A DNA stretch of 45,874 nt from the NCBI RefSeq assembly GCF_001194135.2, contig NC_068984.1, positions 58,598,978-58,644,851 of the forward strand, written 5' to 3'. This document shows positions 11,597 through 23,848 of this stretch, piece after piece. Both the position numbers and the translations under genes were made by a program. Source of the stretch: Octopus bimaculoides. Lineage: Eukaryota. The notes below the pieces were generated by a model. The model did no database searches, had not been told where the DNA came from, and saw nothing but the letters and a program-made list of their open reading frames with translations. The stretch's first letter is position 1, and the number at the start of each line of letters is the position of its first letter.

Positions 11597-12056
11597 TTAT
11601 CCTCTGATGATCTTCATGCATAAGCTGATGATTTTCTCCAGATTTCTGGGGGTGACATTTGTGGCAGGTTTTCCAGATAATTCATCATCTTCTGGTGACA
11701 TTCTTCTACTTTTAAAGCATCCATGCCACTTGAGACATTGTGTATGACCTATTGGCTCATCACCATAAGCTTGCCGAAGCATGCTCAATGTCCCTGTAGC
11801 AGACTTCCCGAGTTTAATGCAAAATTTGACGCTGGCTGTTTGTTTCATTTTCCTGTCCATGACAAAAATCGCAGGCTACAGCATACATGTGACCACAAAA
11901 ACACAAATTTTATAACTTACTAAGTAAACACAGTGATGTCGCACAGTACACTGCCTCATGAAGGTCACTGCTAGCTCTCACTTCAACACACAATCATGTG
12001 CTGCCATCTGTTGGCATGCTACAGATCTGGTCTGAGAAATTTTTGATACCACCTTG
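11597..12056 (-). mobile_element. Mariner element, N-terminal half
   Basis: ORF 11597-11860 MDRKMKQTASVKFCIKLGKSATGTLSMLRQAYGDE (mariner HTH); TIR gaaatttttgataccaccttg+TA. Confidence 0.85.
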
Positions 12057-12278
12057 TATATGAGTGCCTAATTTTTTCTGACTCATGGTTTTGCATATTT
12101 GAGCATGAAGGTTTGCTTGGAAGCACAAGGTACGATATATAGATTTGCCAGTTTACTGTTTTCACAGCACAAAACTAATAGTAGCTTGTATTTAAGCTAC
12201 TATGTATATTAAATGATATTTATCTCTCACAAGATGGAGTACTTCATTTATTGAACCCACCAATAATGTAACAGTAAA

Positions 12279-12315
<37 letters not shown>

Positions 12316-12322
12316 TGTGTGT

Positions 12323-12545
12323 GTGGTGAGCTGGCAAAATCATTAGGGCACTGGACAAAATTCTTTGTGACATTTCTTAATTTTTGGGGGCTTTATGTTC
12401 TGAGTTCAAATTCCACCATGGTTCACTTTACCCTTCATCCTTTCAGAGTCAACACAATATGTACTAGTTAAACACTGGGGGTGATGTAATCAACTAGTCC
12501 TTCCCAAAAATTTCAGGCCTTGTGCCTAGAGTAGAAAGGATCACC
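12323..12545 (+). mobile_element. tRNA-derived SINE family B
   Basis: ggtgagctggcaaaatc..ttctgagttcaaattcc..tttcatccttt..gccttgtgcctagagtagaaa; homologous to 16410-16853 and 34140-34790. Confidence 0.75.
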
Positions 12546-13084
12546 ATTCAAATAAATAAGGCCTAGGATTGATTTGTTTGATTAAAACCCTTCATGGCAG
12601 TGCCCCAGCACAGTAGCAGCCAATGACTATAACAAATAAAAAATAAAAGATATAAGATATATACAAGTGTGTTCTCCTGAATATCACAATCTTTGTAGCC
12701 ACAGTGACATGATAAAATGCACCCAGTCCATACTATGAGGCATACACAGCAATAAAACTGACTAATTTTCTCTGTGGCTATGTGTTTGCGTAAGATGATA
12801 TTGGCTTTGACAAATGACAAGACCCAACCCATGTCAGTATGGTAAAACTGATATAAAATGACAATAAGGGAGTAGCTGTTGTTATGTTGTATTTGGAAGT
12901 ATTTCCACTTACAAATTAACTTTACAGCTATTACTTGCAAATGAGTATGACGTAAGGCATGTATCATGCTTCCCCTAACCATTTTAGGTGTGTGTATGTA
13001 GTAAAAAACAGACACAGGCACTCATTTGGCCTGCCCACCCCACCCTTGACTTAGTGTTGGGGGGGGGGGGAGAAAGCTGCACAA

Positions 13085-13235
13085 GCACTCATTCAGCTGG
13101 TACCCATTTTGCAGTTGAGTGGACTAGAGCAATACAAAATCAAGAACCTTGTTAAGGGGACAATGCATCACTCAAACAAGGAATCAAAATCCACAACCTC
13201 ATAACCACATGTGCAACATCTTCAACACTAACTCC
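13085..13235 (-). mobile_element. SINE family D fragment
   Basis: cagctggtacccattttgcagttgagtggactagagcaa..gaatcaaaatcc..; homologous to 17230-17466. Confidence 0.5.
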
Positions 13236-13866
13236 CCCCTAAAACGCACCCCATCACACACACATACACACACACACACAATATGCTGGGAGGATTGCTA
13301 CGTGATTAAAGTTTATTAAACTACAGAAGATTATTGTTTACTGCCACTACCAATGATTAGAAGTTGTAACAGAACAGAGTGAGAAGCCACTCCCAGGAAA
13401 TAGAGGTTGCAGCTGAGAATTGCATGCAGGACATTGACAGCAACTAGATGACTGCAGCAGAAAACTACAGGTCACTGGTAATAACTAAGAGCTGCTGCAC
13501 TCACAAACTCTAAACCACTCAAGAACCAGAGTCATTGTGAAGAGCTAAAATCCCATGTTTTCCAGGTAGACTACTTGCTTCATTGCATGATTTATTGCCA
13601 TATCAATTGTTGTTGTATCACCCAGGGTAGAACTAATTAAGTAAAACTTATGATCAAGGGCATTCTATTCTTAACTACTCCATCTTTTTGTATATTTATG
13701 GCTACATTATCTATTGTGTGCAACCTGTTTTTTAGCTGCTATACTTGGTGTGTTGAACAAGCACATAGCGCATAAAAGATCTTTTGTTATCTTAATTGTC
13801 TTGTCAAATGGTTTTGTTTGACAAAAGTTTTGGTAAAATTGTTGATATATGTGTGCGTGCATGCAC

Positions 13867-13905
<39 letters not shown>

Positions 13906-13915
13906 ATGTTCATAA

Positions 13916-14176
13916 CAAGGGTCCTCAACCACCAGGTCACAAGTCATTACTGGGCCATGGAGCATTTGAAGGTTAATAACCTGGTTTCAAAACATTACAT
14001 CTCCCTTTCCAATAATGAAAGAAACTACATCACCAATTTCGAACCAAAACCCAGCAACTATATATTATATATGCAATAATTAAAATGTGTATGATGCACT
14101 TGTGTGATCCCCTGGTCAATGGAAAAATGCTTATATAACATTGGTGTGTGGTGCAAAAAAAGGTTGGGAACAAATG
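13916..14176. mobile_element. hAT-type MITE (degenerate)
   Basis: Ends CAAGGGTCCTCAACC ... GGTTGGGAACAAATG resemble Charlie/Buster TIRs; TSD imperfect. Confidence 0.5.
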
Positions 14177-14506
14177 TTCTATAGATAAACTGAATTGAAA
14201 AAAGAAAAACAATTTAAAACATATATATTAAAATAAATATGCCTTGAGTTGTTTTTTAATTAATGTTAGTCTACAGATCATTAAATTAGTTTATATTTCT
14301 CAAAATCTAGTTTATAGAACACTTTGGTGAAATTCTGCTTCACAATGCATCTCTGATGTATTTTGAGATGGACATATGCATGTATGCATAAATGTATATG
14401 TAAGTGTGCCTGTAAGCATGTGTACATGTATATGTATACAAGTGCTGCATGTTGCATGTATATTTGAGAGGAACAAAGAGTAAGGAAGTATGTGCATATA
14501 GGTATA

Positions 14507-15758
14507 CAGGGTATCCTGAAATTAAGGCAACCAAAGTTTCAGGCTTTAATAACTATCAATGAATGTGATAGGATATGAAAATTATACATCATTATAAAAG
14601 ATTAGTGTGTCTTTTTATTTCAGACTAAATAAATTCAGATTTATAAATTAAGTTATAGATTAAAATACAATCATAACTCTCTACAAAGGAGGTGAAAGTA
14701 ATACAGCTATAGCGAAAAAGCTTAAAATTAACCAAACAACAGCCTGGGAAATTGTCAGGAAATTTCAAGAGACTGGTTCCACAACCAATCAACCTGGAAT
14801 TGGCTGAAAAGAAATGTGCAGATTCCTCAGTTTATCAAAAGTACCAGAGAAAAGTTATGGCAAAATCCTCATCATTCCATCAGAAAACTAGCAGCCACAG
14901 CAAAAATAAGCCAAACATCGATGTATCGAGTGCTGAAGAAGGATGTCAAGACCTACCCTTACAAGATGATCCACCATCATGAGCTCACACAGGATTATAA
15001 GGCTATGAGACTGGAGAGAAGTCATCTTATCCTGTGTCAGATTACTGAAGGCATGCTGCCCAACTTTGTGTTCACTGATGAAAAGAAATTTGACATCAAA
15101 TGGACAATAAACCATTAGATTGATCGACTTTGGAGTGTATCTGGTTCAGTTGAGGGTGGACTCGTAAATCAACATCAAAATCCACAGTCATTTATGGTTT
15201 GGGTAGCTGTGACAACCACTGGAAGATCTCCCCTCGTTTTTGTGTCACGTGTGTGTTAAAATTAACACCCAGCAATACATTTAGTGACAAGCTGAATGAG
15301 TACTTTCAAGGCACACATTCAAGCCTCCAACAGGATTCAGCACCATCCCACAGCTCCAAACAGACACAACACTGGATTCAGAAAAACATTCTGTTGATCA
15401 TAGTCAAGGATGTATGGACCTCAAGAAGTCCCGGCCTCAACCCATTGAATGTTTCTGTTTGGTCCACTTTGAAGATGAGAGTTTTGAGCACTCCTCATGC
15501 TTCACATGACATTCTGAAGGCAAAACTGCATCAGGAATGGGCTTCAATTCTGCAAGAACAGTTGCATGCCCTGTGTGAAGCATTTGCACCTAGACTTAAG
15601 GCTGATTCAAAACAGAGGAGGTCATGTTGAGTAAATGTGGTAGTGTCATAATTGTGTTTACTTTACCATTGCATTGCAACACTCGGACCCAAAATATAAC
15701 AATATTTTGCTTTGGCAAAATTGGAATAAGTTGGTTGCCTTAATTTTAGGACACCCTG
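14507..15758 (+). mobile_element. Full-length maT (DD37D) Tc1/mariner element, transposase disrupted
   Basis: 28-bp TIRs (26/28) CAGGGT(A/G)TCCT(G/A)AAATTAAGGCAACCAA, TA on both sides; FVFTDEKKF, QQDSAPSH, SPGLNPLN with 37 residues between the second D and the last catalytic position (here N); stops and frameshifts. Confidence 0.92.
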
Positions 15759-16409
15759 TAGACGTAAATTTTAAGTAGTGTCTGAATGTGTGAAATAAAG
15801 TGTATATGTATGTGTGTATGAGAGATAAATAAAATGTCTGCATATGAAACAATAATAGTTATAATGATAGAACAGGAATATGTGTGTATGATTGTATGTG
15901 TGTGACAATGTATATGAGAGAAGTTATGCAATAGAATATGTTCTTACATTAACACATATATGCATGATGTATCATGTATAACATATTAAAAATCTTAAGT
16001 GAAAACGAATAAGGCTATAAAAGACTTTTATGCCCTAAATTCACACAATCCTGGCATAGCAATTTTTCATATGTAATCGTCTAAGACTAAAACATAACAG
16101 TGTTACTCTCATAATAACCATTGAAGTGTTCTATTACAAAAGACTGTTATTTAAATCAACTCCACTAGTATTTCCCTTTTCTCTTAGAATTCCACCTACT
16201 TTTCATACACACACACACACACTCTCTCTCTCTCAAACACACAAAATAACAGGATGTGCTAAACCTAATGCATTCACAGTTGCATTTTTGTTTAGTTTGT
16301 CACAGCATGTTGTTTAGTGCATCTTTAATACACATTAGATTGATCACCGATTACAAATTTATCTCATCACACAGTAAATTTCATAGTAGAGTATGAAAAT
16401 ACACCATAA

Positions 16410-16853
16410 GGAAATATTGGTTTCAAACTTTGGCACAAAGCCAGCAATTTTGGGGAAGGAGTAAGTTGATTACATCAACCCCAATGCTTGACTGGTACTC
16501 ATTTTTGTTGACCCTGAAAGGTAAAGTCAATCTCGATGAGATCTGAACTTGGAATGTAAAGACAGACAAAATACCGCTAAATTCTGCACAGCAAGCTAAA
16601 ATTCTACCACCACACTGCCTTACCAAGTAAATATATTGGCTTCAGGTTTTGACACAAGGCCAATAATTTCAGAGAGAGAGTAAGTCAAGTACATTGACCC
16701 CAGTGCTTGACTGGTACTTATCTTATCAACCCCAAAGAGATGAAAGGCAAAGTTGACCTTGGTGGAATTTGAACTCAGAACATAAAGATGGATGAAATGC
16801 TGCTAAGCATTTTGCCCAGTGTGCTAATGATTCAGCCAACTTACTACCTTACC
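16410..16853 (-). mobile_element. Head-to-tail dimer of SINE family B
   Basis: Two ~220-bp units separated and flanked by accataa(g/a)gaaatatt-like sequences. Confidence 0.8.
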
Positions 16854-16984
16854 ATAAAGAAATATTAGATTATTTAGAACAGATGGTTAGTAGTTAAATA
16901 AAGTGTAACACTAAAGTTACACTCAAGCAACACCTAGGATGTCTAGATGCTGCTGCCTAAATACCTGACTTTCTTTGTCATATA

Positions 16985-17213
16985 CGAGGGTGTGCTAAGA
17001 AGTTTCTGGCTTTAAGGGTATTGTGAAAGGTCTGGTTGGAGGCCCAAAATTCTGAATTCTTTTACAGGGCTTAGAAAAATTGAAGGACTGCTGCAATAAG
17101 TGTGTGAGTCTGAGAGGGAAATAGAGGGAATCTAAGGTTGAATAAATTCATAATTAACTGAACCTCCTGTATTTTCTTTAACCCAAAGCCAAGAACTTTT
17201 CAGCATCCCCTTG
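16985..17213. mobile_element. Mariner-derived MITE
   Basis: TA+CGAGGGTGTGCTAAGAAGTTTCTGGCTT ... AAGCCAAGAACTTTTCAGCATCCCCTTG (imperfect ~28-bp TIRs). Confidence 0.75.
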
Positions 17214-17229
17214 AACACATGTGTATGTA

Positions 17230-17466
17230 TGTATTTGTGTCAAAACGTTCAAAAGTCCTTCCTGGGCTATAAGGGTCACAAGGCCACCTGTGGTAAATAT
17301 AATCCCCACATAAATGGGACATTGGTTCATTGCAATATTACTCATTTTTGCCAGCTGAGTGGACTGGAGCAATGTGAAATGAAGTGGTTTGCTTAAGAAC
17401 TCAAAGTACTGTATAGTCTAAGAATTGAAACCGCAATCTTATGATCATGAATGCAAAATTCTAAAC
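17230..17466 (-). mobile_element. SINE family D, interrupted near its head by a hAT MITE
   Basis: tttgccagctgagtggactggagcaatgtgaaatgaag..gaattgaaacc..atgatcatg; head remnant resumes after 17721. Confidence 0.55.
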
Positions 17467-17721
17467 CATTGGTTCTCAACAATTATTTGCCAATGGGCCC
17501 CTTTGATTCTTGTTTTACTCTACTGGACCTCCATAGCCATTTGATGTATATAAAAAAAAAACTTACTGTATCTTTATGATTAAATATTATTAGGAATCAT
17601 ACACAAAAATTAAAATATTTTGTGTATTGTAGGAGTATAAGCAATATTTTGCATATAAATTTTAACAAAAATTTTTATATGAGCCCCTAAGGGCCATATG
17701 AACCCAGGATGAGAACCACTG
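17467..17721. mobile_element. hAT-type MITE
   Basis: TIRs CATTGGTTCTCAAC / GATGAGAACCACTG; left flank TTCTAAAC fits the Charlie/Buster NTCTARAN target preference. Confidence 0.75.
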
Positions 17722-17799
17722 TCCAAATCAATAAACCATGTGCCTTTCACAGAAACACACACACATACGTGTGTGTGTGTGTGTGCATGTGTGTAGGGA

Positions 17800-19239
17800 A
17801 AATAGAATCTAAAGGGACAGTTGCTGGTCTGTGTTGTTAAAAATCATATTTATTTGGATAGAGTAAAATTATTTAAGTTGATATGTTGTAGTAAGGGGAT
17901 GTTTCCAATGTTTCAGATAAAATTCTTCTTCAAAGGAGAGAAAACAATGGCACATCCTGTCAGAATGAGAAACACAACAAAGGGTCATTCTAGGGTGTTA
18001 TTTAACAGAAATTTTAAAAAGCAGCACATGTTGCCTTGCAGAAACTGCTCAACTCTCTGGATTTTGTCAGCACTGTCTTGCAACAACATTGGTGCTATGA
18101 TGTATCAATTCTTATTTTTCTCTCAGACAGCATTGGTGACATAAAGAAGTAAGACTTGCATGTGCAAGCAATTGCTGGTCTTCTATAAAAAAAAAAAATC
18201 ATGCCCAGGCCTGCACCTTTAGAAGGAATTTCCAGGTGCAATCTCATAGTTTTCACAAGACATTAAACCAGGCATGTTTCACAAGACATATAAACCATGC
18301 AAATCCCAAAGCCGAACATCTTTTTAAGCAGTCTTGTGTAAACCAAAGTGCCAAGTATGTCCGATTATTGCTTCATACAGAAGTAAGGTGGATATCAAGT
18401 GGAAATAGCTTAAAAAGGTTCAAGGAATTATTTGATCATCTTAACATTTACTCAGTGATAAATGTGAAGCGAAAATGCTGTCAACAATGGATGGAAAAGC
18501 ATTTGTCAGTTATTTGACAGACATCTTCGAGAAACTTGGAAACTTGAATAAACAACTCCAAGGTGCAAACATGACGCTTGTTGGTGTGGAAGCAAAGATT
18601 TTTGGATTTAATATGTCAAAAAGATGTTTCCAAAAGAAATTTCAGTTAATTATACTGGTTGAGTAAATGTGAGATAACGAATGATGCTGCCACCATAATT
18701 ATTGACCACTTGAATACTCAATAAAGGACTTCAATGACAGATTTTGTGAAGGCAATGAATTTTTCCTCTTGGTTAACTCAACCACTGCTGATTGACGTTT
18801 CTGATGCTGCAGTTTAATACCATGAAGAGTTATCAGAATCGCGTCATGATGAATCAGTGAAGACTTTGTTTAAATTGAAAGGGACAAATATGTGGCTATG
18901 TGACGAGAAGAAAACTATTGACTCATTTTCCTTCGTCTTGTTTGGTCAAATGTGGATTCAGTGCAGTTGATAATTTACTGGAAACCAAGAGAAACTGGCT
19001 TGAAATTACAAAATGTGGCAATTTACGGCTGAAGTTAACCAAATTGTCTTCTCAGATCAAGGATCTGTGCCATATACACTAGGCACACGGTTCTCACTAA
19101 ATGAGTTGAGGTATCTGTTAGCCAGGTAATTGAATTAAAAATCGTATTTCTGTATTAAAAAAAACAAAAATGTCGATGGGCACCAAATTTTTTGTTATTA
19201 AAAAGTGAGGCACTGGAAAAAAAAAGTTGGAAAACACTG
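17800..19239 (+). pseudogene. hAT (Charlie/Buster-like) transposase relic with right TIR
   Basis: VRLLLHTEVRWISSGNSLKRFKELF, YLTDIFEKLGNLNKQLQG, FPSSCLVKCGFSAV..KRNWLEI..NLRLKLT (hAT dimerisation region); TIR GTTGGAAAACACTG ends at 19239. Confidence 0.85.
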
Positions 19240-19329
19240 CTCTGAAACATAAGTACATTAAGTTCTTACAACTGGTTATTAGTATCACTATATCTAAGCA
19301 AAAGTATAATATAATATTATATATCTATT

Positions 19330-19700
19330 ACGTTTCATCATTTACTTGTTTCAGTCATTAGACTGTGGCCACACTGGGGCACCACCTTGAAGAACTTTTA
19401 GTCAAATGAATCAGCCCCAGTTCTTATTTTCTTTTTTAAAGCCTGGTACTTATTATTTCAGTCTCTTTTGCTGAACTGCTAACACTCCAACAGTGGATGG
19501 GAAAACACAGACACAAAGACACACACACACACATATGCAACAGGCTTCTTACAGTTTCAGTTTACCAAATCCACTCATGAGACTTTGGTTAGCCCAAGGC
19601 TAAAGTTAAAAAAACACTTGTCCAAAGAGTCATGCAGTGAGACTGAACCCAGAACCAGGTAATTGGGAAGCAAACTTCTTACCACACAGCCACGTTTGTG
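19330..19700 (-). mobile_element. SINE family A, near full length
   Basis: Reverse complement of the family A consensus: ttacttgtttcagtcatt..accaaatccactca..gactgaaccc..cttcttaccacacagccac. Confidence 0.8.
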
Positions 19701-20178
19701 TTTGCATCATTAAATATTATTTAATCAGTAAAGAAAAGTCATGACCCATTGTCTTCTAAGCTATCCAAGAAAAAGTTTAGTAACATTAAAAACGAGTATA
19801 TGTTCAGTTTGAAAGCTACAAGTTAATTGTTTAAAACGTAGGCCAAGAGAAAGGATTGGTTGTACTTATTTAAGGACGAAGGCTAAAGAGGTACAAATAG
19901 TAAGCAAAGAAGTAACTGGGACCTATGTGTTTAGTTTGAGCTATATCAAGTCAGCAAATTGAAAGGACATCAGCCAAGTAATAGCAGTAGGATAAAAGGA
20001 GAAAGGACACAACTTGTTGATAAGAAAATGATTGAAAAGTAACTGGGATTAAGAGCTTATCTATAAAACAGGTTGATACATTAGACTGTTTAGAAATTAT
20101 ATGAGTTTTGGGAAGCATACTGAGTCAATTCATAATACTATGTAACAACATTTTTAGTTTTTCTTTGGTCTTCAATTA

Positions 20179-20624
20179 GTAAGTGCTATTTCTTATTTGC
20201 TTCTGTCTAGAAACCAAAGAAAATTATTACTATTCCTTTCAGCCTCTGTTTTTCTGACCTGAACACCAATGTTTTCAAACTGACCTATTTTCCATTACAT
20301 TTCAGACAAATTCAACCCTGAGATGCTGAAGCAGAAATATCGTTATAGTAAATATTCTACTCAATACCACAGATTTGCTTGTCAAATATTTGATCTTTAC
20401 CACTTGGGGATGTTCTTTGGTTGACAATTTGTACATCTCTGATCATGAGCAGGAGTAGTAAGGGAGCATCATCCCCATGTATTGAGAGGGATTTTTTGGG
20501 GTTTGAATAAATGTAACAAAAAGAAAGTTTGAAGGAAATATTAACCATTTTTCATACTTTCTAGGGGTAAGCAAATAGGAAATAACATTTGCTACCCAAG
20601 GACAAAAATCATGTTACACAGTGT
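20179..20624. mobile_element. ~440-bp interspersed repeat (copy of 6091-6531)
   Basis: Collinear similarity through ctcaataccacagatttgcttgtc..gagaggga..tttgaaggaaatatta..gttacacagtg. Confidence 0.75.
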
Positions 20625-21342
20625 AATGGATAATGGAAGGTCTCAAAGTGGTGGATGAAACATTATCCTATTCATAAATATAAAAATACATCCAGGAATT
20701 TCAAGGGATTCAAGGAAACTTAACAGTTAAGAGCTTAGCTGTAGTTTCATGGTGTTAAGCAAATGAGAGGCAGCTTTTCACTTGGAAAAGACGCCAATTC
20801 ATTCCAAAGAAAAATCTCACATGGTCTTTGTTAAAACTAGACAAAATGAGATAATGTAGATATAAGGGCATTCTTTCTCTTGGAAAGAAAGAAAAAAAAT
20901 TGTCTGCAATAAATTTGAACTCAAAGTCATGTGAGCTAGTTTTCCAATACTTAGCCATTTCACTTCTATTTGTCTCTTTTCTTAATTGATACAGATAACT
21001 GAAGAAAACATTGGGAATTGCATTTGTTTATAGAAGTGCTTGAGTGGTATTCTTATCAGTAAAAAACCAGATTTTTTCCAACGTAGTTCACAGAATCTAA
21101 AGGAATAAAATAGTTGCACCCTAATAAAATTTCAAGTTATATATTCCAACTTATATATAGTTCAGTATGGTACAGAACATTTGTTTTTTTTATATTTGTT
21201 TTGTTTCTTGTTTATTTTTTATTGTAGTGTGCTCTTTATTTCTTTCTTCCTTTCTTTTAATTTCTAGAAAACTATTAGAGTTTCAAATTCTCATAGATAA
21301 CTTTCACAATTATACTTCAGGCATGAATACTAGACCTACATC

Positions 21343-21399
<57 letters not shown>

Positions 21400-21420
21400 C
21401 ATTGGTGGTGGTGGTGGTAT
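21343..21420. repeat. (AGT)n then (GGT)n trinucleotide repeat
   Basis: Direct reading; source of the poly-Ser/Gly pseudo-ORF 21167-21448. Confidence 0.9.
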
Positions 21421-21519
21421 TAGTGGAAGCATGGAATATATTACATGAAATACCATATATTACTCTATGTTGAGTATATCAATTTAAAGTAAACCAAGTC
21501 TGCTGCTATGTACTGGATG

Positions 21520-21578
21520 TGTAGGCTATATATACACAAATGTGTATGTATGTGTGTGTGTATTTATATATATGTATA

Positions 21579-21636
<58 letters not shown>

Positions 21637-21672
21637 TATGTGTGTGTGTATATATATATATACATATATATA

Positions 21673-21710
<38 letters not shown>

Positions 21711-21910
21711 CATATACACACATACACACACATGCATGCATATATACATACATACATACATACATGCATACATGCATGCATACATGCATACATACTTACA
21801 TGCATACATACATACATGCATACATACATACATACATACATACACACACACACAGCAAACTTCATGCACATGCAATAGCTACACATATGTGTATATCACA
21901 TATGCATGTA
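21520..21910. repeat. Large compound (TG)/(TA)/(TACA) microsatellite
   Basis: Direct reading; source of six overlapping low-complexity ORFs. Confidence 0.9.
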
Positions 21911-22174
21911 TGTATTAGTTTACATTTTGTTTTGATTTCAAACTAAAATTCCATTCAGCGACAGCATGTGTTTATAACCTTTCAAAGAATTTTTAAGTGC
22001 TGAAGTTCTTAATAACTTTATGAAAGTTTGTTATAAGTAAGTCTTTAACTTCTTACAGAGGCTCATTAACAAATAAATACCAGTCTTTATCTTGCAACAT
22101 CAATATGCAGCTGTTATTCAGGAGGAATCTTGACCACATTAACCTAACCTACCTAAAAAAGCCCATAAGCAGCA

Positions 22175-22420
22175 AGTTAGCACAGTTGTTAGAGTATCAA
22201 AATAAATGCTTTGCATTAGTTATCTCAGTTTCTTGCATTCAGAGTTCAAATCCTGCCATGATCAGCTTTAGTTTTCACCTTTCTGAGGTTGAAAAAAATA
22301 AGATGTGTTAAGGTGATGGACTGGTGAAATTATTACAGTATTCGACGAGGTGTCATGTACTATTTGTTCCAGTACTTTGCATTCTGAGCTCAAATCGTAC
22401 AGCGACTTAATTAGGTTGGT
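22175..22420 (+). mobile_element. Degenerate SINE family B fragments
   Basis: ttcagagttcaaatcctgcc..ttttcacctttctgagg and ttctgagctcaaatc remnants. Confidence 0.45.
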
Positions 22421-22824
22421 AGATGCAATCTGTTGCTTAGTTTGACTCTACCACCTGACTCATGAGTTCCTTTAGCAGTGTGCAATCAGTTACAATTAGG
22501 GCTCTAGTATGAGGATACATTCCTCATTCCCTCTCTCTCACTAGTGTCAGTGACCCTATGAAGAGTCATAAGCATTGCCCCTCCCTCCAGAATGAATAGT
22601 AAAAAACAAAAAACTCCAGACTGTTGCTGCTGCTGTCAATGTTTTAATGTCAACTTTTCCATGCTGCATTGATTGGACTAAGTTTATTAAGGCAGATCTT
22701 TGTTATGTTGCCATCCTTCATTTGTTTCCAAGCAAGGCAATACTTCTCATAGCCAGAAATGTACAATATTACTTGTGTGATGGTGGCAGTCATTTACAAT
22801 TATCACATTGGTAACAGATCGATT

Positions 22825-23480
22825 CTGATTTGGGCTCCTTGCAGTCCTTGATCATGTGTGGTTCATGATATCTGAAGCAATACCTCTTCAAAGGACGTAT
22901 TCATTCTCTTTCCCCTTCCAACCTCATGGTGCTCTCAGTTTACCATCTTATTGGACCTTTCCCCACTACAGCCACTGCTACAAAGCTTTGTGGCCAATTT
23001 GTCCATTAACATTCTGGCTTGAGTCACAAAATACCTCATAACCATGATCTTGATGTCTAATAACTGCTGTAATTCTATTGACTTGTGATCAGGGAAACCA
23101 GTCTGATTGTTCTCTTCAGCTGTTCTCCAGTGTATTCAGCCAATCTCTGCAACCTTCTGATATTGTTGAGAAACACATCCAGTCGTTCCCCATTCCATCT
23201 TGTTCTTTCTAGCCTACTATAAACCATAAATGCTTCCTCCATAAATGCTTTTTTTAAATCTGGTTTCTATTCTTCCTGGATCTAGCTGGGCTTCTTCATT
23301 CATTTCTAGGTACAATGCCAACTATAGATATAATGGCATAAAACTTGCCCAGTCGCTAATCTCCAGCAGATTTGTGACCAACCTAACCTTCTTCACACAA
23401 TCAACCACATCTTCCTCACCACTAAATGGTTTTATCACATTGCTAATGATTTTTACCTTGCCTGACATATTCACTTGCTT
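22825..23480 (-). pseudogene. LTR retrotransposon gag relic (Gypsy-like)
   Basis: MSGKVKIISNVIKPFSGEEDVVDCVKKVRLVTNLLEISDWASFMPLYL..AFMVYSRLERTRWNGERLDVFLNNIRRL..; degenerate zinc knuckle YCFRYHEPHMIKDC. Confidence 0.7.
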
Positions 23481-23848
23481 CTGAGCCAAAACAGATTGTA
23501 GCAAGTATTGAATGGACCAAGGGAAAAACAATTTTTACATAAACTTCAAGAGAAAGAATCAACAGGTTACATCACAAGAAGGAAACAGGGAGAACACTTC
23601 ACTCCACATGGAGATCACTATCTTTCCTTGTCACTTCCACACATGGCACACTCACAATACTTGCTTCCAATGAGAAATGGGAGGGATCCTACATACAACT
23701 CATCACCTCCATTCCCCACCACTCTCACTATTTCAGCTCATAACATTACAACAACAATAGCAAAACAACAACAAAACAGAAGGAAGAAAGAAGAGACAAA
23801 AAAGAAAGGTCTTAAGATAGGAAAAAGAAGGTTCAAAAATATACTTAC

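Noticed and set aside
12563-13021. 152-aa minus-strand ORF with a GTAAGT donor near 12910
   Set aside because: Partly SINE tail, no domain, and no acceptor giving an LRR-compatible exon.
3715-15085. Other CTGATGA hits (about 3718, 11604, 11628, 15075)
   Set aside because: Inside transposase coding remnants with no paired GAAA or stems.
18127-18148. Plus-strand 22-nt microexon with good splice sites
   Set aside because: Lies within hAT transposase-derived sequence and on the wrong strand for the host gene.
21506-21946. Long ORFs rich in Y/I/V/C/H/T here and at 5391-5762, 7737-7960, 41576-41860 and 44175-44512
   Set aside because: Translations of dinucleotide and tetranucleotide microsatellites.
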